A stretch of DNA of 60,590 bases from Alphaproteobacteria bacterium (GTDB taxonomy: Bacteria > Pseudomonadota > Alphaproteobacteria > SHVP01): NCBI GenBank assembly GCA_947473325.1, contig CANJEJ010000005.1:1-60590 (forward strand), written 5' to 3'. Shown here in pieces: positions 27,536-37,575 of this stretch (the stretch's first letter is position 1; the number at the start of each line of letters is the position of its first letter). Under the pieces are notes generated by a model, which worked only from the letters and a program-made list of their open reading frames with translations, did not search any database and was not told the origin of the DNA. A program made the translations under genes and the position numbers.

Positions 27536-28339
27536 ATGAAACCCATGAATCACCTCGACCAGCTCGAAAGCCAGAGCGTCTACATTTTCCGCGAGGCGTT
27601 CGCCACGATCGACCGCCTGGCGATGCTGTGGTCGCTCGGCAAGGACTCGAACGTGATGATCTGGCTGGCTCGCAAGGCCTTTTTTGGCCATGTCCCGTTC
27701 CCGGTCATGCATATCGACACCGGTCGCAAGTTCCGCGAGATGTATGAGTTCCGCGACCGCTACGCGGCGGAGTGGAACCTGAATTTCCTGCGCGAAGAAT
27801 GCCCGTCCTATGAAAGCACCGACCCGACCCTGCCGCCGGCCGCCCGGTCCGCCGCGCGCAAGACGGGCGGGTTGAAGGCGGCGCTGCAGAAGCACGGCTT
27901 CAAGGGCATCTTCGCCGGCATCCGCCGCGACGAGGAAGGCACGCGCGCCAAGGAACGCTATTTCAGCCCGCGCGGCGAGAACGGTGCCTGGCAGTTTCGC
28001 GACCAGCCGCCGGAATTGTGGGACCAGTTCAACACGGACTTTCCCGACGGCACGCATGTCCGCATCCACCCGCTGCTGCATTGGTCGGAACTCGACATCT
28101 GGCGCTACACCCAGCGCGAAGGCATCCCCACGGTGCCGCTCTATTTCGCGCGCGATGGCAAGCGCTACCGCTCGCTCGGCGATCAGGACATCACCAACCC
28201 GATCGTGTCCGACGCCGTCACCATCGACGCGATCATCACCGAACTGGAAAACACCCGCGCGCCGGAACGGGCCGGGCGAGCCATGGACCATGAAGCGGAA
28301 GACGCCTTCGAACGGCTCCGCGCCGACGGGTACATGTGA
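27536..28339 (+). CDS. cysD: Sulfate adenylyltransferase subunit 2
   Basis: [39 protein letters not shown]. Confidence 0.92.
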   Translation: MKPMNHLDQLESQSVYIFREAFATIDRLAMLWSLGKDSNVMIWLARKAFFGHVPFPVMHIDTGRKFREMYEFRDRYAAEWNLNFLREECPSYESTDPTLPPAARSAARKTGGLKAALQKHGFKGIFAGIRRDEEGTRAKERYFSPRGENGAWQFRDQPPELWDQFNTDFPDGTHVRIHPLLHWSELDIWRYTQREGIPTVPLYFARDGKRYRSLGDQDITNPIVSDAVTIDAIITELENTRAPERAGRAMDHEAEDAFERLRADGYM

Positions 28340-30207
28340 GCGGCATGAGCGCTGACCGCGAAACGCTGCGCGTGGTTGTCATCGGCCACGTCGATCATGG
28401 AAAATCCACCCTGGTGGGCCGCCTTTTCCACGACACCGGCATGCTGCCCGACGGCAAGCTGGAAGCGATCCGCGCGATGAGCGAGAAGCGCGGCATGCCC
28501 TTCGAGTGGGCTTTCCTGATGGATGCGCTGCAGGCCGAGCGCGACCAGGGCATCACCATCGACACGGCGCATATCTGGTTTCGCACGCCGGAGCGCAACT
28601 ACGTGCTGGTTGATGCGCCGGGCCACAAGGAATTCCTGAAGAACATGGTCACCGGCGCTGCGGCGAGCGATGCCGCGCTGCTACTGATCGATGCCGTCGA
28701 GGGCCTGCGCGAGCAATCGCGCCGCCATGCCTTCCTGCTCCACCTGCTCGGCGTGCGCGAGATGGCGGTGGTGGTAAACAAGATGGATGCCGCCGGCTAT
28801 TCGGAAGAACGGTTCCGGACCATCCAGCGGGACTACGAGGCCTATCTCGCCGAGATCGGCCTGAAGGCGCAGGCCTTCATCCCCATCTCCGCCCGCAACG
28901 GCGAGAACCTGGCATCGTCCTCGGCGGCCATGCCGTGGTATCACGGCCCTACGGTGCTGCAACAGCTCGGCCGCTTCCAGATTCGCGCGCCGTCAGAGAA
29001 CCGTCCGCTGCGCATGCCGGTCCAAGGGGTCTACAAGTTCGACGACCGGCGCATCATCGCCGGACGGCTGGAAAGCGGACGCATCGCCGTGGGCGACACG
29101 GTGCTCTTCTCGCCGTCGAACAAGACGACGCGCGTCGCCTCGATCGAGCGCTGGCAGGCGAACCGCAGCGCCGAAGCCGGTGCCGGGGAAAGCATCGGCG
29201 TGTGCCTGACCGAGCAGATCTTCGTCGAACGCGGCGAGATCCTGAGCCATGTCGCGGACGCGCCGGTGGAAACCGACGTGCTGCGCGCCCGCCTGTTCTG
29301 GCTGGGCCAGCGGCCGATGGGCGTAGGCTCGCGCTACAAGATCAAGCTGCACGCCGCCGAGGCGACCGCCACGGTGCAGTCCATTGAACGCATCTTCGAT
29401 GCGAGCTCGCTGGAAGAGGTGCGCGGCGGGGCGGTCGAAAAGAATTCCGTCTGCGAGATCACGCTGCGGCTGAGCCGGCTGGTGGCGCTGGACCCCTATG
29501 ACCGCAACGCCGTCACCGGCCGCTTCGTGCTGGTCGACGATTATGACATCGCCGGCGGCGGCGTCGTCTCGATGGAAGGCTATGCCGACCAGCGCCGGGT
29601 CACGACGGTGCGTGCCACCGACATCACCGCCGTGGACCACGGCGTGTCATTGGTGGCGCGCACCCAACGCAATGGCCACGAGGGCGGCGTGCTGTGGCTG
29701 ACCGGCCTGTCGGGCGCCGGCAAGTCGACGCTGGCCGTCGCGCTGGAAGCCGCGCTGTTCACCCGTGGCTACCAGGTCTATGTGCTGGATGGCGACAACG
29801 TTCGCCATGGCCTGTGTGCCGACCTGGGCTTCTCGCCCGAGGACCGGGCCGAAAACATCCGCCGCGTCGGCGAAGTGGCGGCATTGATGGCCGGCGCCGG
29901 CATGATCGTCGTCACCGCCTTCATCTCGCCTTACCGGTCCGACCGCGACCGCGCGCGCAAGGCGGCCGACACGCGCTTCCACGAAATCTATGTCAAGGCC
30001 GATCTCGCCGTCTGCGAAACCCGCGATCCCAAGGGCCTCTACAAGAAAGCCCGCGCCGGCGAGCTGGCCAACTTCACCGGCATCTCGGCACCCTATGAAG
30101 CGCCGACAGCCCCCGAGCTCGTCGTCGACACCGGCACCAAGTCGGTCGATGCCTGCATCGACGATCTGGTGGCCTATGCCGTGAAGGCGTTCAAGCGGCA
30201 GGGCTGA
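28336..30207 (+). CDS. cysNC: Bifunctional sulfate adenylyltransferase subunit 1 / APS kinase
   Basis: [18 protein letters not shown] GTPase motifs, plus [26 protein letters not shown] kinase motifs. Confidence 0.93.
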   Translation: MSGMSADRETLRVVVIGHVDHGKSTLVGRLFHDTGMLPDGKLEAIRAMSEKRGMPFEWAFLMDALQAERDQGITIDTAHIWFRTPERNYVLVDAPGHKEFLKNMVTGAAASDAALLLIDAVEGLREQSRRHAFLLHLLGVREMAVVVNKMDAAGYSEERFRTIQRDYEAYLAEIGLKAQAFIPISARNGENLASSSAAMPWYHGPTVLQQLGRFQIRAPSENRPLRMPVQGVYKFDDRRIIAGRLESGRIAVGDTVLFSPSNKTTRVASIERWQANRSAEAGAGESIGVCLTEQIFVERGEILSHVADAPVETDVLRARLFWLGQRPMGVGSRYKIKLHAAEATATVQSIERIFDASSLEEVRGGAVEKNSVCEITLRLSRLVALDPYDRNAVTGRFVLVDDYDIAGGGVVSMEGYADQRRVTTVRATDITAVDHGVSLVARTQRNGHEGGVLWLTGLSGAGKSTLAVALEAALFTRGYQVYVLDGDNVRHGLCADLGFSPEDRAENIRRVGEVAALMAGAGMIVVTAFISPYRSDRDRARKAADTRFHEIYVKADLAVCETRDPKGLYKKARAGELANFTGISAPYEAPTAPELVVDTGTKSVDACIDDLVAYAVKAFKRQG

Positions 30208-30214
30208 GCGGCAG

Positions 30215-30544
30215 TCAAACCCCGCGCCAGTTGATCGCAAAGCGGATCAGCACACACAGCGAAACAATTGCGCCCCAGTGCATCAACAGCGCGTCGGGCG
30301 CGAGGACCGCGTCCGGCGGCACTTCCAGAAGGAAGCTGTGGTCGTAGTAGCGGCGGCCGAAATCTTGCGGGGTGCGCCACGGCGGAAAGAGCAGCGAAGC
30401 CAGAAACAACAGTATCGCAAGCCCGGCATTCAGCCAGTGCGCGATGCGACGGTCCTTCTCGATCCGCGCCAGCATCTGCTGACGCGCTTCGTCCGTCGGC
30501 AGGTTGTCAGCGTAAGGGTCGCGCCACGGCTTGCGATGGCGCAC
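30215..30544 (-). CDS. Hypothetical membrane protein
   Basis: LLFPPW motif, 2 TM segments, directly downstream of the GST gene. Confidence 0.5.
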   Translation of the reverse strand: MRHRKPWRDPYADNLPTDEARQQMLARIEKDRRIAHWLNAGLAILLFLASLLFPPWRTPQDFGRRYYDHSFLLEVPPDAVLAPDALLMHWGAIVSLCVLIRFAINWRGV

Positions 30545-30548
30545 CCGC

Positions 30549-31247
30549 TCAGCTCCGCTTCTGGTACTGCATGTCGCCGAAATAGGCCCGGCGGTGTTCT
30601 TCGCTGATCGGGCCGGGCTTCGTCACATTGTCGGAGAGGATCGCCCAGGCCCGTTGCGTCGCGGGGCGTGCGGCGATGGCGGCGAGCCAGCGCTGCACGT
30701 TCGGGAAGTCGGCCATGTCGACCTTGCGGTTTTCCCAGCCCATCGCCCAGGGATAGGTCGCCATGTCGGCGATGGAATAGTCGCCGCCGAGATAGGGCAC
30801 ATCGCCAAGCCGCCGGTTCATCACGTCATAGAGACGTTTCACCTCGTTGTCGTAGCGCTGCTGCGCATAGGGAATGGGCTCGGGTGCGTAGCGGTTGAAA
30901 TGGCCCTGCTGGCCGAACATCGGCCCGACGCCACCCATCTGGAAATAGAGCCACTGCTTCACCGTCCAGCGGGCGCGCGCCTCGCTCGGCAGGAACTGGC
31001 CGTGCTTTTCCGCCAGGTATTCGAGGATGGTGGCGGATTCGAACAGCACGATCGGCTTGCCGCCCGGCCCCTTCCAGTCGACGGCCGCGGGGATCTTGTG
31101 GTTCGGGTTGATCGCCAGGAAGGCGGGATCGAACTGCTCGCCCTTGGTAATGTTCACCGGCTTCACCGTGTAGGGGATGCCGAGTTCCTCTACCATCATG
31201 TGGATCTTGCGCCCGTTGGGCGTGGGCCAGGTGTAGAGGTCGAGCAT
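30549..31247 (-). CDS. Glutathione S-transferase (YfcG/YghU-like disulfide oxidoreductase)
   Basis: TPNGRK, INPNHKIPA, FESATIL, FQMGGVGPMFGQ. Confidence 0.92.
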   Translation of the reverse strand: MLDLYTWPTPNGRKIHMMVEELGIPYTVKPVNITKGEQFDPAFLAINPNHKIPAAVDWKGPGGKPIVLFESATILEYLAEKHGQFLPSEARARWTVKQWLYFQMGGVGPMFGQQGHFNRYAPEPIPYAQQRYDNEVKRLYDVMNRRLGDVPYLGGDYSIADMATYPWAMGWENRKVDMADFPNVQRWLAAIAARPATQRAWAILSDNVTKPGPISEEHRRAYFGDMQYQKRS

Positions 31248-31301
31248 CGTTAATCCTGCTGCTATGAACTGGAACGGCTGTCCGCGGGATATCCTGGAAG
31301 G

Positions 31302-31580
31302 TCACTCGTCTTTTCTTTCGCCGGGCAAGGGCAAGCCCAATGCCATCAGCGCAAGGTGAGCTAAGCCCCACAACACGATTCCGGCGACTGCTGCGGCAGC
31401 ATAGACAATGAAACCGAAGCGTTGGGGAAGGCCGTAGGCAATCGCCAAAACAACCAGGACAATTACGAAAAGAAATCCAACAGGCCCTAGCCGCGCTAGC
31501 CGGCTTGTCCCACCCGATGTCTCGTCGTGGCGCGGCTCGAACTCCGGCCGGTTGTTGCGGCGTCGAAAATCCCAGTCCAT
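31302..31580 (-). CDS. Hypothetical membrane protein
   Basis: 92-aa ORF with 2 TM segments; lower GC. Confidence 0.45.
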   Translation of the reverse strand: MDWDFRRRNNRPEFEPRHDETSGGTSRLARLGPVGFLFVIVLVVLAIAYGLPQRFGFIVYAAAAVAGIVLWGLAHLALMALGLPLPGERKDE

Positions 31581-31594
31581 CTGCCTCGTATGGC

Positions 31595-32740
31595 TTACGC
31601 CACCGCGCCGTAGACGTGCCAGGGCTTGCCCTTCTTGCCCTCGCCGCCGCGGAAGGTGACGCCCGTCTTCGTGGCGCTGCGCACCACCGGTGCGTCGCCG
31701 TGGAAATAGCGGGAGAAGCCCGCGCCCTGCGCCAGCCTGGCGATGTCGGTGTCGCGCATGCGGCCCATGAAGGGTTCGTTGTTATTGTAGGTGTCCCAGT
31801 CGGGGATGAAGAGGTCGAAGGCATCGCCTTCCACCTGCGGCACGTCGACATGGCACATCACCCCGCCCGGGCGCAGCAGGCGGCGCGATTCGCGCAGGAT
31901 GGCGGCGATGGCGGGGCTCGAGGTTTCGTGCAGCAGCACGGCGCTCGCCACGATATCGAAATGCCCGTCCGGGAAATCGGTGCGTTCGGCGTTCTGCTGG
32001 CTGAAATGCACGCGGTGGCCGAGCGATTCGGCGCGCGCATGGGCATAGCGCAGCGAGGCGGCACCCAGGTCGATGCCATGCACCTCGGCGTCGGGGAATG
32101 CATCGGCCCAGGCCAGCGTCGAGTTGCCGATGGTGCAGCCCATGTCGAGGATGCGCTTCGGCTTCATGTTCGGGAAATTCTGTCTGATATAGGCGGCACC
32201 ACTGCCGCCGATATCGGCGTTGAGGGGGCCGAGCCCACCCATGGCGTAGATGTAGAGCCCGCGGTCATAGATCGCGCCGGCGAAGACATCGCCCTCCATC
32301 AGGTCGGTGTGATAGCTGCCCGGCATCACATGCGTGTCGACCGCGGCCTGGTAGCCCGGCACGCGCAGGGCAGGATCGAGGCGCAGCGAGCCGCGCGTCT
32401 TGCCGCTGGTGCGCGCACGCGCCATCAGGTCGGGCAGTTGCCGTTCGACCGAGGCGCCGACTGAATCCCACATCAGCTCCTGCGTCGTGCGCAGCAGCGC
32501 CGACCAGTTCTGGTAATGCGCCTCGGGCTCCATCGCCTTGCGCACCTCGTGCCGGTCCTTCGGCACCCGCCGGTGCGCCTTTTCGAAAGCCGGGCGCACC
32601 TTGCGCTCGTAGACCTGGCGGGTGCCGTCCGACACCGTGGTCATGACATGGATGCGCAGGTTGGACACGAAGCCCTGGCGCGCCAGTTCGTCATGGTTCG
32701 GATCGGCGAGAACGGCGTGGCGGATTTGCTGGTCGTGCAT
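31595..32740 (-). CDS. Class I SAM-dependent methyltransferase
   Basis: RILDMGCTIG, GIDLG, FDIV...LLHE, LLRPGG. Confidence 0.88.
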   Translation of the reverse strand: MHDQQIRHAVLADPNHDELARQGFVSNLRIHVMTTVSDGTRQVYERKVRPAFEKAHRRVPKDRHEVRKAMEPEAHYQNWSALLRTTQELMWDSVGASVERQLPDLMARARTSGKTRGSLRLDPALRVPGYQAAVDTHVMPGSYHTDLMEGDVFAGAIYDRGLYIYAMGGLGPLNADIGGSGAAYIRQNFPNMKPKRILDMGCTIGNSTLAWADAFPDAEVHGIDLGAASLRYAHARAESLGHRVHFSQQNAERTDFPDGHFDIVASAVLLHETSSPAIAAILRESRRLLRPGGVMCHVDVPQVEGDAFDLFIPDWDTYNNNEPFMGRMRDTDIARLAQGAGFSRYFHGDAPVVRSATKTGVTFRGGEGKKGKPWHVYGAVA

Positions 32741-32798
32741 GGCGGGGCCCCTGTTGCTTCATGCAGTGTAGCGTTCCCACCCCCTTGTGGGGAGGCCT

Positions 32799-34196
32799 CT
32801 ACAGCTTCGGGTGCCGCTGGTGCCAGTCGGTGTTTTGCTGGAAGGCGTGGCCGGCGCGGATCGCCAGCTCTTCCTCGCCATGGCGGGCGATGATCTGCAC
32901 CCCAAGGGGGAGTCCTTGGCGGTTGAAGCCGCCGGGGAAGCAGACGCAGGGGTGACCGGAGAAATTCCACGGCGCGGTGAATTTCAGCATCTCGCCATGG
33001 TCGTCGAGCACGGCCGCGCCTTCGCGGCGCTGCAGCGGCGGCGCCGGGTTGGGCCAGGACGGGCAGATCAGCAGGTCGACATCCTCGAACAGCGCGCGCA
33101 CGCGGGCCGTCCACTCGCGCGCCGGTGCCTGCAGCCGCGCCATGTCGGTGGCGAGCAGCGCCTGGCCGCGGCGGAGCAGGCCTGCCAGTTCGGGGCCGTA
33201 ATGTTCCGCCTGCGCCGGAAAGGTCGCCTCATGGGCGATGGCGGCTTCGACCGCGACCAGGTCGGTGAAATGGGCGAGGAAGCCGGAGGGCGACGGCAGG
33301 CTGACCGGCAGGATGCGCGCGCCGCGCGACACGAAGGTGTCGGCCGCGGCGAACACGGCGTTGGCGACATCGGGATCGGTGTGCGCCGTGACATAGCGTT
33401 CGTCGAGGCCGATGCGGCAGCCGCGCAGCCCGCGTTCCAGCCGCACGGCATAGTCGGGCACCACGCCGGGCAGCGTGAGCGGGTCGGCCGGATCGGGCCC
33501 GGCGATCACCGCGAGCATCGCCGCGCAATCGGCGAGGCTGCGCGCCATCGGCCCGACATGGTCGAGCGACTGCGCCAGCAGCAGGATGCCCGACAGGCTG
33601 ACGCGGCCATAGGTCGGCTTGATTCCGGAGACGCCGGTGGCGGCGCAGGGAAAGCGGATCGAGCCGCCGGTGTCGGAGCCAAGCGCGCCATAGGCCATGC
33701 CGGCGGCGAGCGCGACCGCCGGGCCGCTCGACGACAGGCCGGTCATGTGGCCTTCGTTCCACGGATTGACCGGCGGCGGCACGCTGGGATGATGGGCGAT
33801 GTAGGCGCCCTCGGTCATCGCCAGCTTGCCGAGCACCACGGCGCCGGCTGCCCGCAGCCGCGCCACCACGGTGGCATCGCGGTCGGGCGCGGCGCCGCCC
33901 GGCAAGGCCGATCCGCCGCGCGTCGGCAGGCCCTCGGTCAGGCAGAGATCCTTGAGCGCGATCGGCACGCCGGCGAGCGGCCCGCGCAGCTGGCCCATGG
34001 CGATCCCGGCTTCCGCCGCGCGCGCCGCGTGGAGCGCGGCATCCCCGGCCACGGCGACATAGGCCTTGAAACGGGGGTTGAGCGCGGCGATGCGCTCGAG
34101 CGTCGCCCTGGTCACATCGACGGGCGACAGCGCCCGGCGGCGGTAGGCATGCGCAAGGTCGATAATGCTGGCGAAAGGAAGATTGGCAGCGGTCAT
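32799..34196 (-). CDS. Amidase signature family enzyme
   Basis: GVPIALKD, GLSSSG, GSDTGGSIRFP, GLPLGVQ. Confidence 0.93.
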   Translation of the reverse strand: MTAANLPFASIIDLAHAYRRRALSPVDVTRATLERIAALNPRFKAYVAVAGDAALHAARAAEAGIAMGQLRGPLAGVPIALKDLCLTEGLPTRGGSALPGGAAPDRDATVVARLRAAGAVVLGKLAMTEGAYIAHHPSVPPPVNPWNEGHMTGLSSSGPAVALAAGMAYGALGSDTGGSIRFPCAATGVSGIKPTYGRVSLSGILLLAQSLDHVGPMARSLADCAAMLAVIAGPDPADPLTLPGVVPDYAVRLERGLRGCRIGLDERYVTAHTDPDVANAVFAAADTFVSRGARILPVSLPSPSGFLAHFTDLVAVEAAIAHEATFPAQAEHYGPELAGLLRRGQALLATDMARLQAPAREWTARVRALFEDVDLLICPSWPNPAPPLQRREGAAVLDDHGEMLKFTAPWNFSGHPCVCFPGGFNRQGLPLGVQIIARHGEEELAIRAGHAFQQNTDWHQRHPKL

Positions 34197-34280
34197 GGCC
34201 AAAGACTTGCGCGAGGCCGGGGCCGCACGCAAGCCGATAGAGGCCCCACGCGCCGCCCGCGACCGCCCGTCATTGTGGTC

Positions 34281-35252
34281 CTACGGCCGGCCGTTGTTGA
34301 AAAGCCGCCCCACCTCGTATCCCGCCATCAGCAAGGCCGCAAAGGCGAGCGGCAGGATGAGGTAGACGATGCGATAGATGATGATGGCCGAGACCAGCGC
34401 ATCGACGGGCACGCCCGGGATGGAAACGATCATCACCGCCTCAAACACGCCGATGCCGCCCGGCACATGGCTCAGCACCGACGCGGCGATGGCCAGGCAA
34501 TAGGCGCCAAGGAACAGCGGGAACGACACGACGACGTCGGGCGGCAGCAGCACGTAGAGCACGCTGGCGGCCAGCGTGAGGTCGATCAGCGCAAGGCCGA
34601 TGCCGGCCAGGTTGGTCCAGAATCCCGGCACGCGCAGAATCAGGCTAAAGAGCTTGAGTGGACCGGGCCGGAACGCCGTCCAGGCCAGGTAGGCGACGGC
34701 GGTGCCGAGGATGAAGACGCCCAGGGCGACCAGCACGCCGGGCGGCAGGCCGAGCAGCAGGCGCGCATCCTTCGGGTCGAGCACCAGGGTGACGCCGATG
34801 GCGACGATGATGCCGAAGGTGAAGACGAAGGTGCAGTAGGCGACAACCTCGGCGATCTCGTTTGCCAGCAGGCCGGCGCCGGAATAGATGCGAAAGCGCA
34901 CCGAGCCGCCGGTGACAAAGCCGAGCCCGACATTCTGGCTGAAGGAATAGCCGACGAAGGAGGCGAAGGCGACATGCGGATAGGGTACGCGCTTGCCGAT
35001 GTGGCGCAGCGCCAGCACGTCGTAGAGCGTGAGTACGAGATAGCTCGCCACCGTCAGGCCGAAGGACCAGGCCAGCGCGCTGCTCGACAGTTCGTTGACG
35101 CGGTCGAGCAGGTTGCGCAGCGAGATCGCGGACAGCTCGCGCGCAAGCACCCAGATGGCGAGCCCGAAGACGATCAGCGTCACGGCGCCGGCAACCCAGT
35201 GCCAGCGGCTGGACGTGGCCGGCGGCGGCGCGGCGGGCTCTGCGGTGCTCAT
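34281..35252 (-). CDS. Lysylphosphatidylglycerol flippase-like membrane protein (MprF N-terminal/UPF0104) without a synthase domain
   Basis: YDVLAL, GGSVRFRIYS, SHVPGGIGVFEA, YRIVYLILP. Confidence 0.85.
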   Translation of the reverse strand: MSTAEPAAPPPATSSRWHWVAGAVTLIVFGLAIWVLARELSAISLRNLLDRVNELSSSALAWSFGLTVASYLVLTLYDVLALRHIGKRVPYPHVAFASFVGYSFSQNVGLGFVTGGSVRFRIYSGAGLLANEIAEVVAYCTFVFTFGIIVAIGVTLVLDPKDARLLLGLPPGVLVALGVFILGTAVAYLAWTAFRPGPLKLFSLILRVPGFWTNLAGIGLALIDLTLAASVLYVLLPPDVVVSFPLFLGAYCLAIAASVLSHVPGGIGVFEAVMIVSIPGVPVDALVSAIIIYRIVYLILPLAFAALLMAGYEVGRLFNNGRP

Positions 35253-35399
35253 CGAATGGGTATAGCGAAAGGATTCATCCTTCCCGCTTACCCCGGCAGG
35301 CCGGGGCGGCACAACCCCGGCGACCAAAACGCCGTGCGACGGCGCACCGCACCGGCGTCATGGCCGGAATTGCTCTAGGCTGGGTCTACGAGTCCGCCC

Positions 35400-35618
35400 A
35401 TGACCCTCACCATCACCCTTCTTGTTGTGGCCGCTGCCGCCGCCGTCTTTGCCTGGTCGGTGTGGCGCGTGCGCCGCGAGGTGCCCGGCGAACCGTCGCT
35501 GATACCGCATGGCGCCATCCAGTTCCTGTGCGCCATCGCCCTGATCCTGATGGCGGCCCATCTCGTGTCGCTGCTGAGCGGCCAGCCGCTGACCGGCCGG
35601 ATGATGGGCGGACGCTAG
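35400..35618 (+). CDS. Small hypothetical membrane protein
   Basis: 72 aa, 2 TM segments, PGEPSLIP and AHLVSL pattern. Confidence 0.6.
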   Translation: MTLTITLLVVAAAAAVFAWSVWRVRREVPGEPSLIPHGAIQFLCAIALILMAAHLVSLLSGQPLTGRMMGGR

Positions 35619-35752
35619 GAAAACACCCAACATCACTGGGGAATTGACCGGCCGCAAACACGATTGGTTGTGACCCGCGTCACTGGTCAACCGCCGGCTG
35701 CTTCCGCAGACTTGGTGCGTTGGTCTTGCAAACTTTGTCTGGTTCCTGCTTG

Positions 35753-35785
35753 AAACCCGGCCCCGAAAGGAGCCGGGTTTTTTTG
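35753..35785 (+). terminator. Intrinsic terminator, possibly bidirectional with motA
   Basis: AAACCCGGC-CCCGAAAGGA-GCCGGGTTTTTTT. Confidence 0.7.
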
Positions 35786-35812
35786 CGCGATTCGTACGGA
35801 GAGCCCGTGCGC

Positions 35813-36679
35813 TTACGCCGCCGGCACGTTGGCCAGCGCTTCTTCCAGGTCGTAGAAGCTCGGCTTGATCTTCGACGGCACGGCCTGGCGGCCGATCTCG
35901 ACCGAAATCTGCGGCGAGTTGCCATGCAGGTGCGCGACCATGATGTCGCGGATGATGGCGTAATATTTCGCCTCTTCGTCGACCACCTGCTTGATGCGGG
36001 TGGCGAAGGGGCCGACCATGCCATAGGCGAGCAGCACGCCGAGGAATGTGCCGGTGAGCGCGCCGCCGATCAGCGCGCCGAGAATTTCCGGCGGCTCGGC
36101 AATCTGGCTCATGGTCTTGATGATGCCGAGCACGGCGGCGACGATGCCGAGCGCGGGCAGCGCATCCGCCATCGCCTGCAGCGCCTCGGACCCGCGCACC
36201 TCTTCCTTGTGATGCTTCTCGAGCTGCTTTTCCATGATCTCCTCGACCTGGTGCACGTCGTCGAAGTTCATGGTCATCATGCGCAGGTAATCGCAGATGA
36301 AGGTGATGGTGAACTTGTCCTTCAGGACATTCGGATATTCCTGGAACAGCGCGCTTTCTTCCGGCGCCTCGATATGCTTTTCCGCCGCGATCGGGCCCTT
36401 GGTGCGGATCATCTTGGTGATCGCGAACAGGAGGCAGAGCAGGTCCTGGAAGTCCTTTTTCTTCCACTTCGGCCCCTTGATCATCTTGCCGAAACTCTTG
36501 AGCGTGGCGCTCACGATTTCCATCGAGTTGGAGATGATCAGTGTGCCGACCGCGGCACCGCCGATGATCAGGCCTTCATAGGGCAGCGAATGCAGAATGA
36601 TGCCGAATTTGCCGCCCGACAGCACATAGCCGCCGAACACGCAGACAAAGACAAAGACAAGACCGCCGATAGAGAGCAT
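35813..36679 (-). CDS. motA: Flagellar motor stator protein MotA
   Basis: EGLIIGGAAVG, FICDYLR, ADALPALGIVAAVLG, ALTGTFLGVLLAYG, EIGR. Confidence 0.93.
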   Translation of the reverse strand: MLSIGGLVFVFVCVFGGYVLSGGKFGIILHSLPYEGLIIGGAAVGTLIISNSMEIVSATLKSFGKMIKGPKWKKKDFQDLLCLLFAITKMIRTKGPIAAEKHIEAPEESALFQEYPNVLKDKFTITFICDYLRMMTMNFDDVHQVEEIMEKQLEKHHKEEVRGSEALQAMADALPALGIVAAVLGIIKTMSQIAEPPEILGALIGGALTGTFLGVLLAYGMVGPFATRIKQVVDEEAKYYAIIRDIMVAHLHGNSPQISVEIGRQAVPSKIKPSFYDLEEALANVPAA

Positions 36680-36889
36680 TCGGATCCTCTTCCAGGGGTC
36701 ATGGCCGCCCGAGGGGCCATTGTCGCCACACCCCGGCAGCAGCGCAACATACGCCTGCCCGGCGGGGGTGCCCGCCGGAACAGGGCTAATGTTGCAAAAA
36801 GCGTCGAAAAAGGCCACCAAGGAGAGATCACGGAGCCGCGTTTAGGGGGACCAGACGCAGGACCCCTCTCCGTGCCGGGGGAAGAGAAG

Positions 36890-37426
36890 ATGACTGCCGC
36901 AACGCCGCAGAGCGGAATCGTGGTTAACAGCAGCACCAATGTCACCTGGCTGGCCGGCCAGACCAAGGGCAGCGCCGAGGTCGAGATCGGCTTCAGTGGC
37001 GCCGTGGCCAGCGACCGCACCATCAAGATGGGCTTTGCCTGCCACGAGATGGCGGTCGCCCGCGCCGCCGCCTCGGTGCTGGGCTACTTCCTGCTGCTCC
37101 TGGTCCAGGACGCGGCGCGCGCCGGCAATGCCTCGGTGGCGCAGGTCGATATCGGGGACGACATCAATGCCGTCACCTTCGAGATCCGGGCCGATGTCCG
37201 GCCGGTGGTCGACTTCCTGGTGTCGGTGGCCATCGCCCCGGGCACCAACACGCGGGAGGAGGCCTCCGCCTCGGCCGCCACGCGGCTGGCCAGCGTCACC
37301 GCACTCGAACTGCAGGAGCGCACCGCCGCGGTGCGCGAGGCGCTGACGCACCTGCAGCCGATCAAGACCTATTACCCCGAGGTCCTGCACGCCGCCGTCG
37401 AACGGGCGCGCCGCGCGCTCGGCTAG
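36890..37426 (+). CDS. Hypothetical protein
   Basis: GC3-rich ORF starting MTAATPQSG after a purine-rich RBS; divergent from motA. Confidence 0.6.
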   Translation: MTAATPQSGIVVNSSTNVTWLAGQTKGSAEVEIGFSGAVASDRTIKMGFACHEMAVARAAASVLGYFLLLLVQDAARAGNASVAQVDIGDDINAVTFEIRADVRPVVDFLVSVAIAPGTNTREEASASAATRLASVTALELQERTAAVREALTHLQPIKTYYPEVLHAAVERARRALG

Positions 37427-37575
37427 GCGGGCGCCCCGCCCGGGGCCAACGCAGCGCGCCGGGGTCTGCCGCCCGCAGCGTGGGCGGAATCGGGCGACCG
37501 CCTGTCCGGCCGGGACGGGGGTGGTAGCATGCCGGCACGCCAATTCAGTCACCTGCAGCATAAGGAGGCAGTGCC

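Noticed and set aside
32787-35378. Very long alternative ORFs (863 aa here; also 13384-15396, 51495-53375, 14376-15998, 58808-60316)
   Set aside because: They are antisense or shadow frames of well-supported genes, which is common in high-GC DNA, and carry no recognisable motifs.
35720-36889. N-terminal part of the 568-aa ORF 35720-37426
   Set aside because: It is antisense to motA; only the part from ATG 36890 looks like a real gene.
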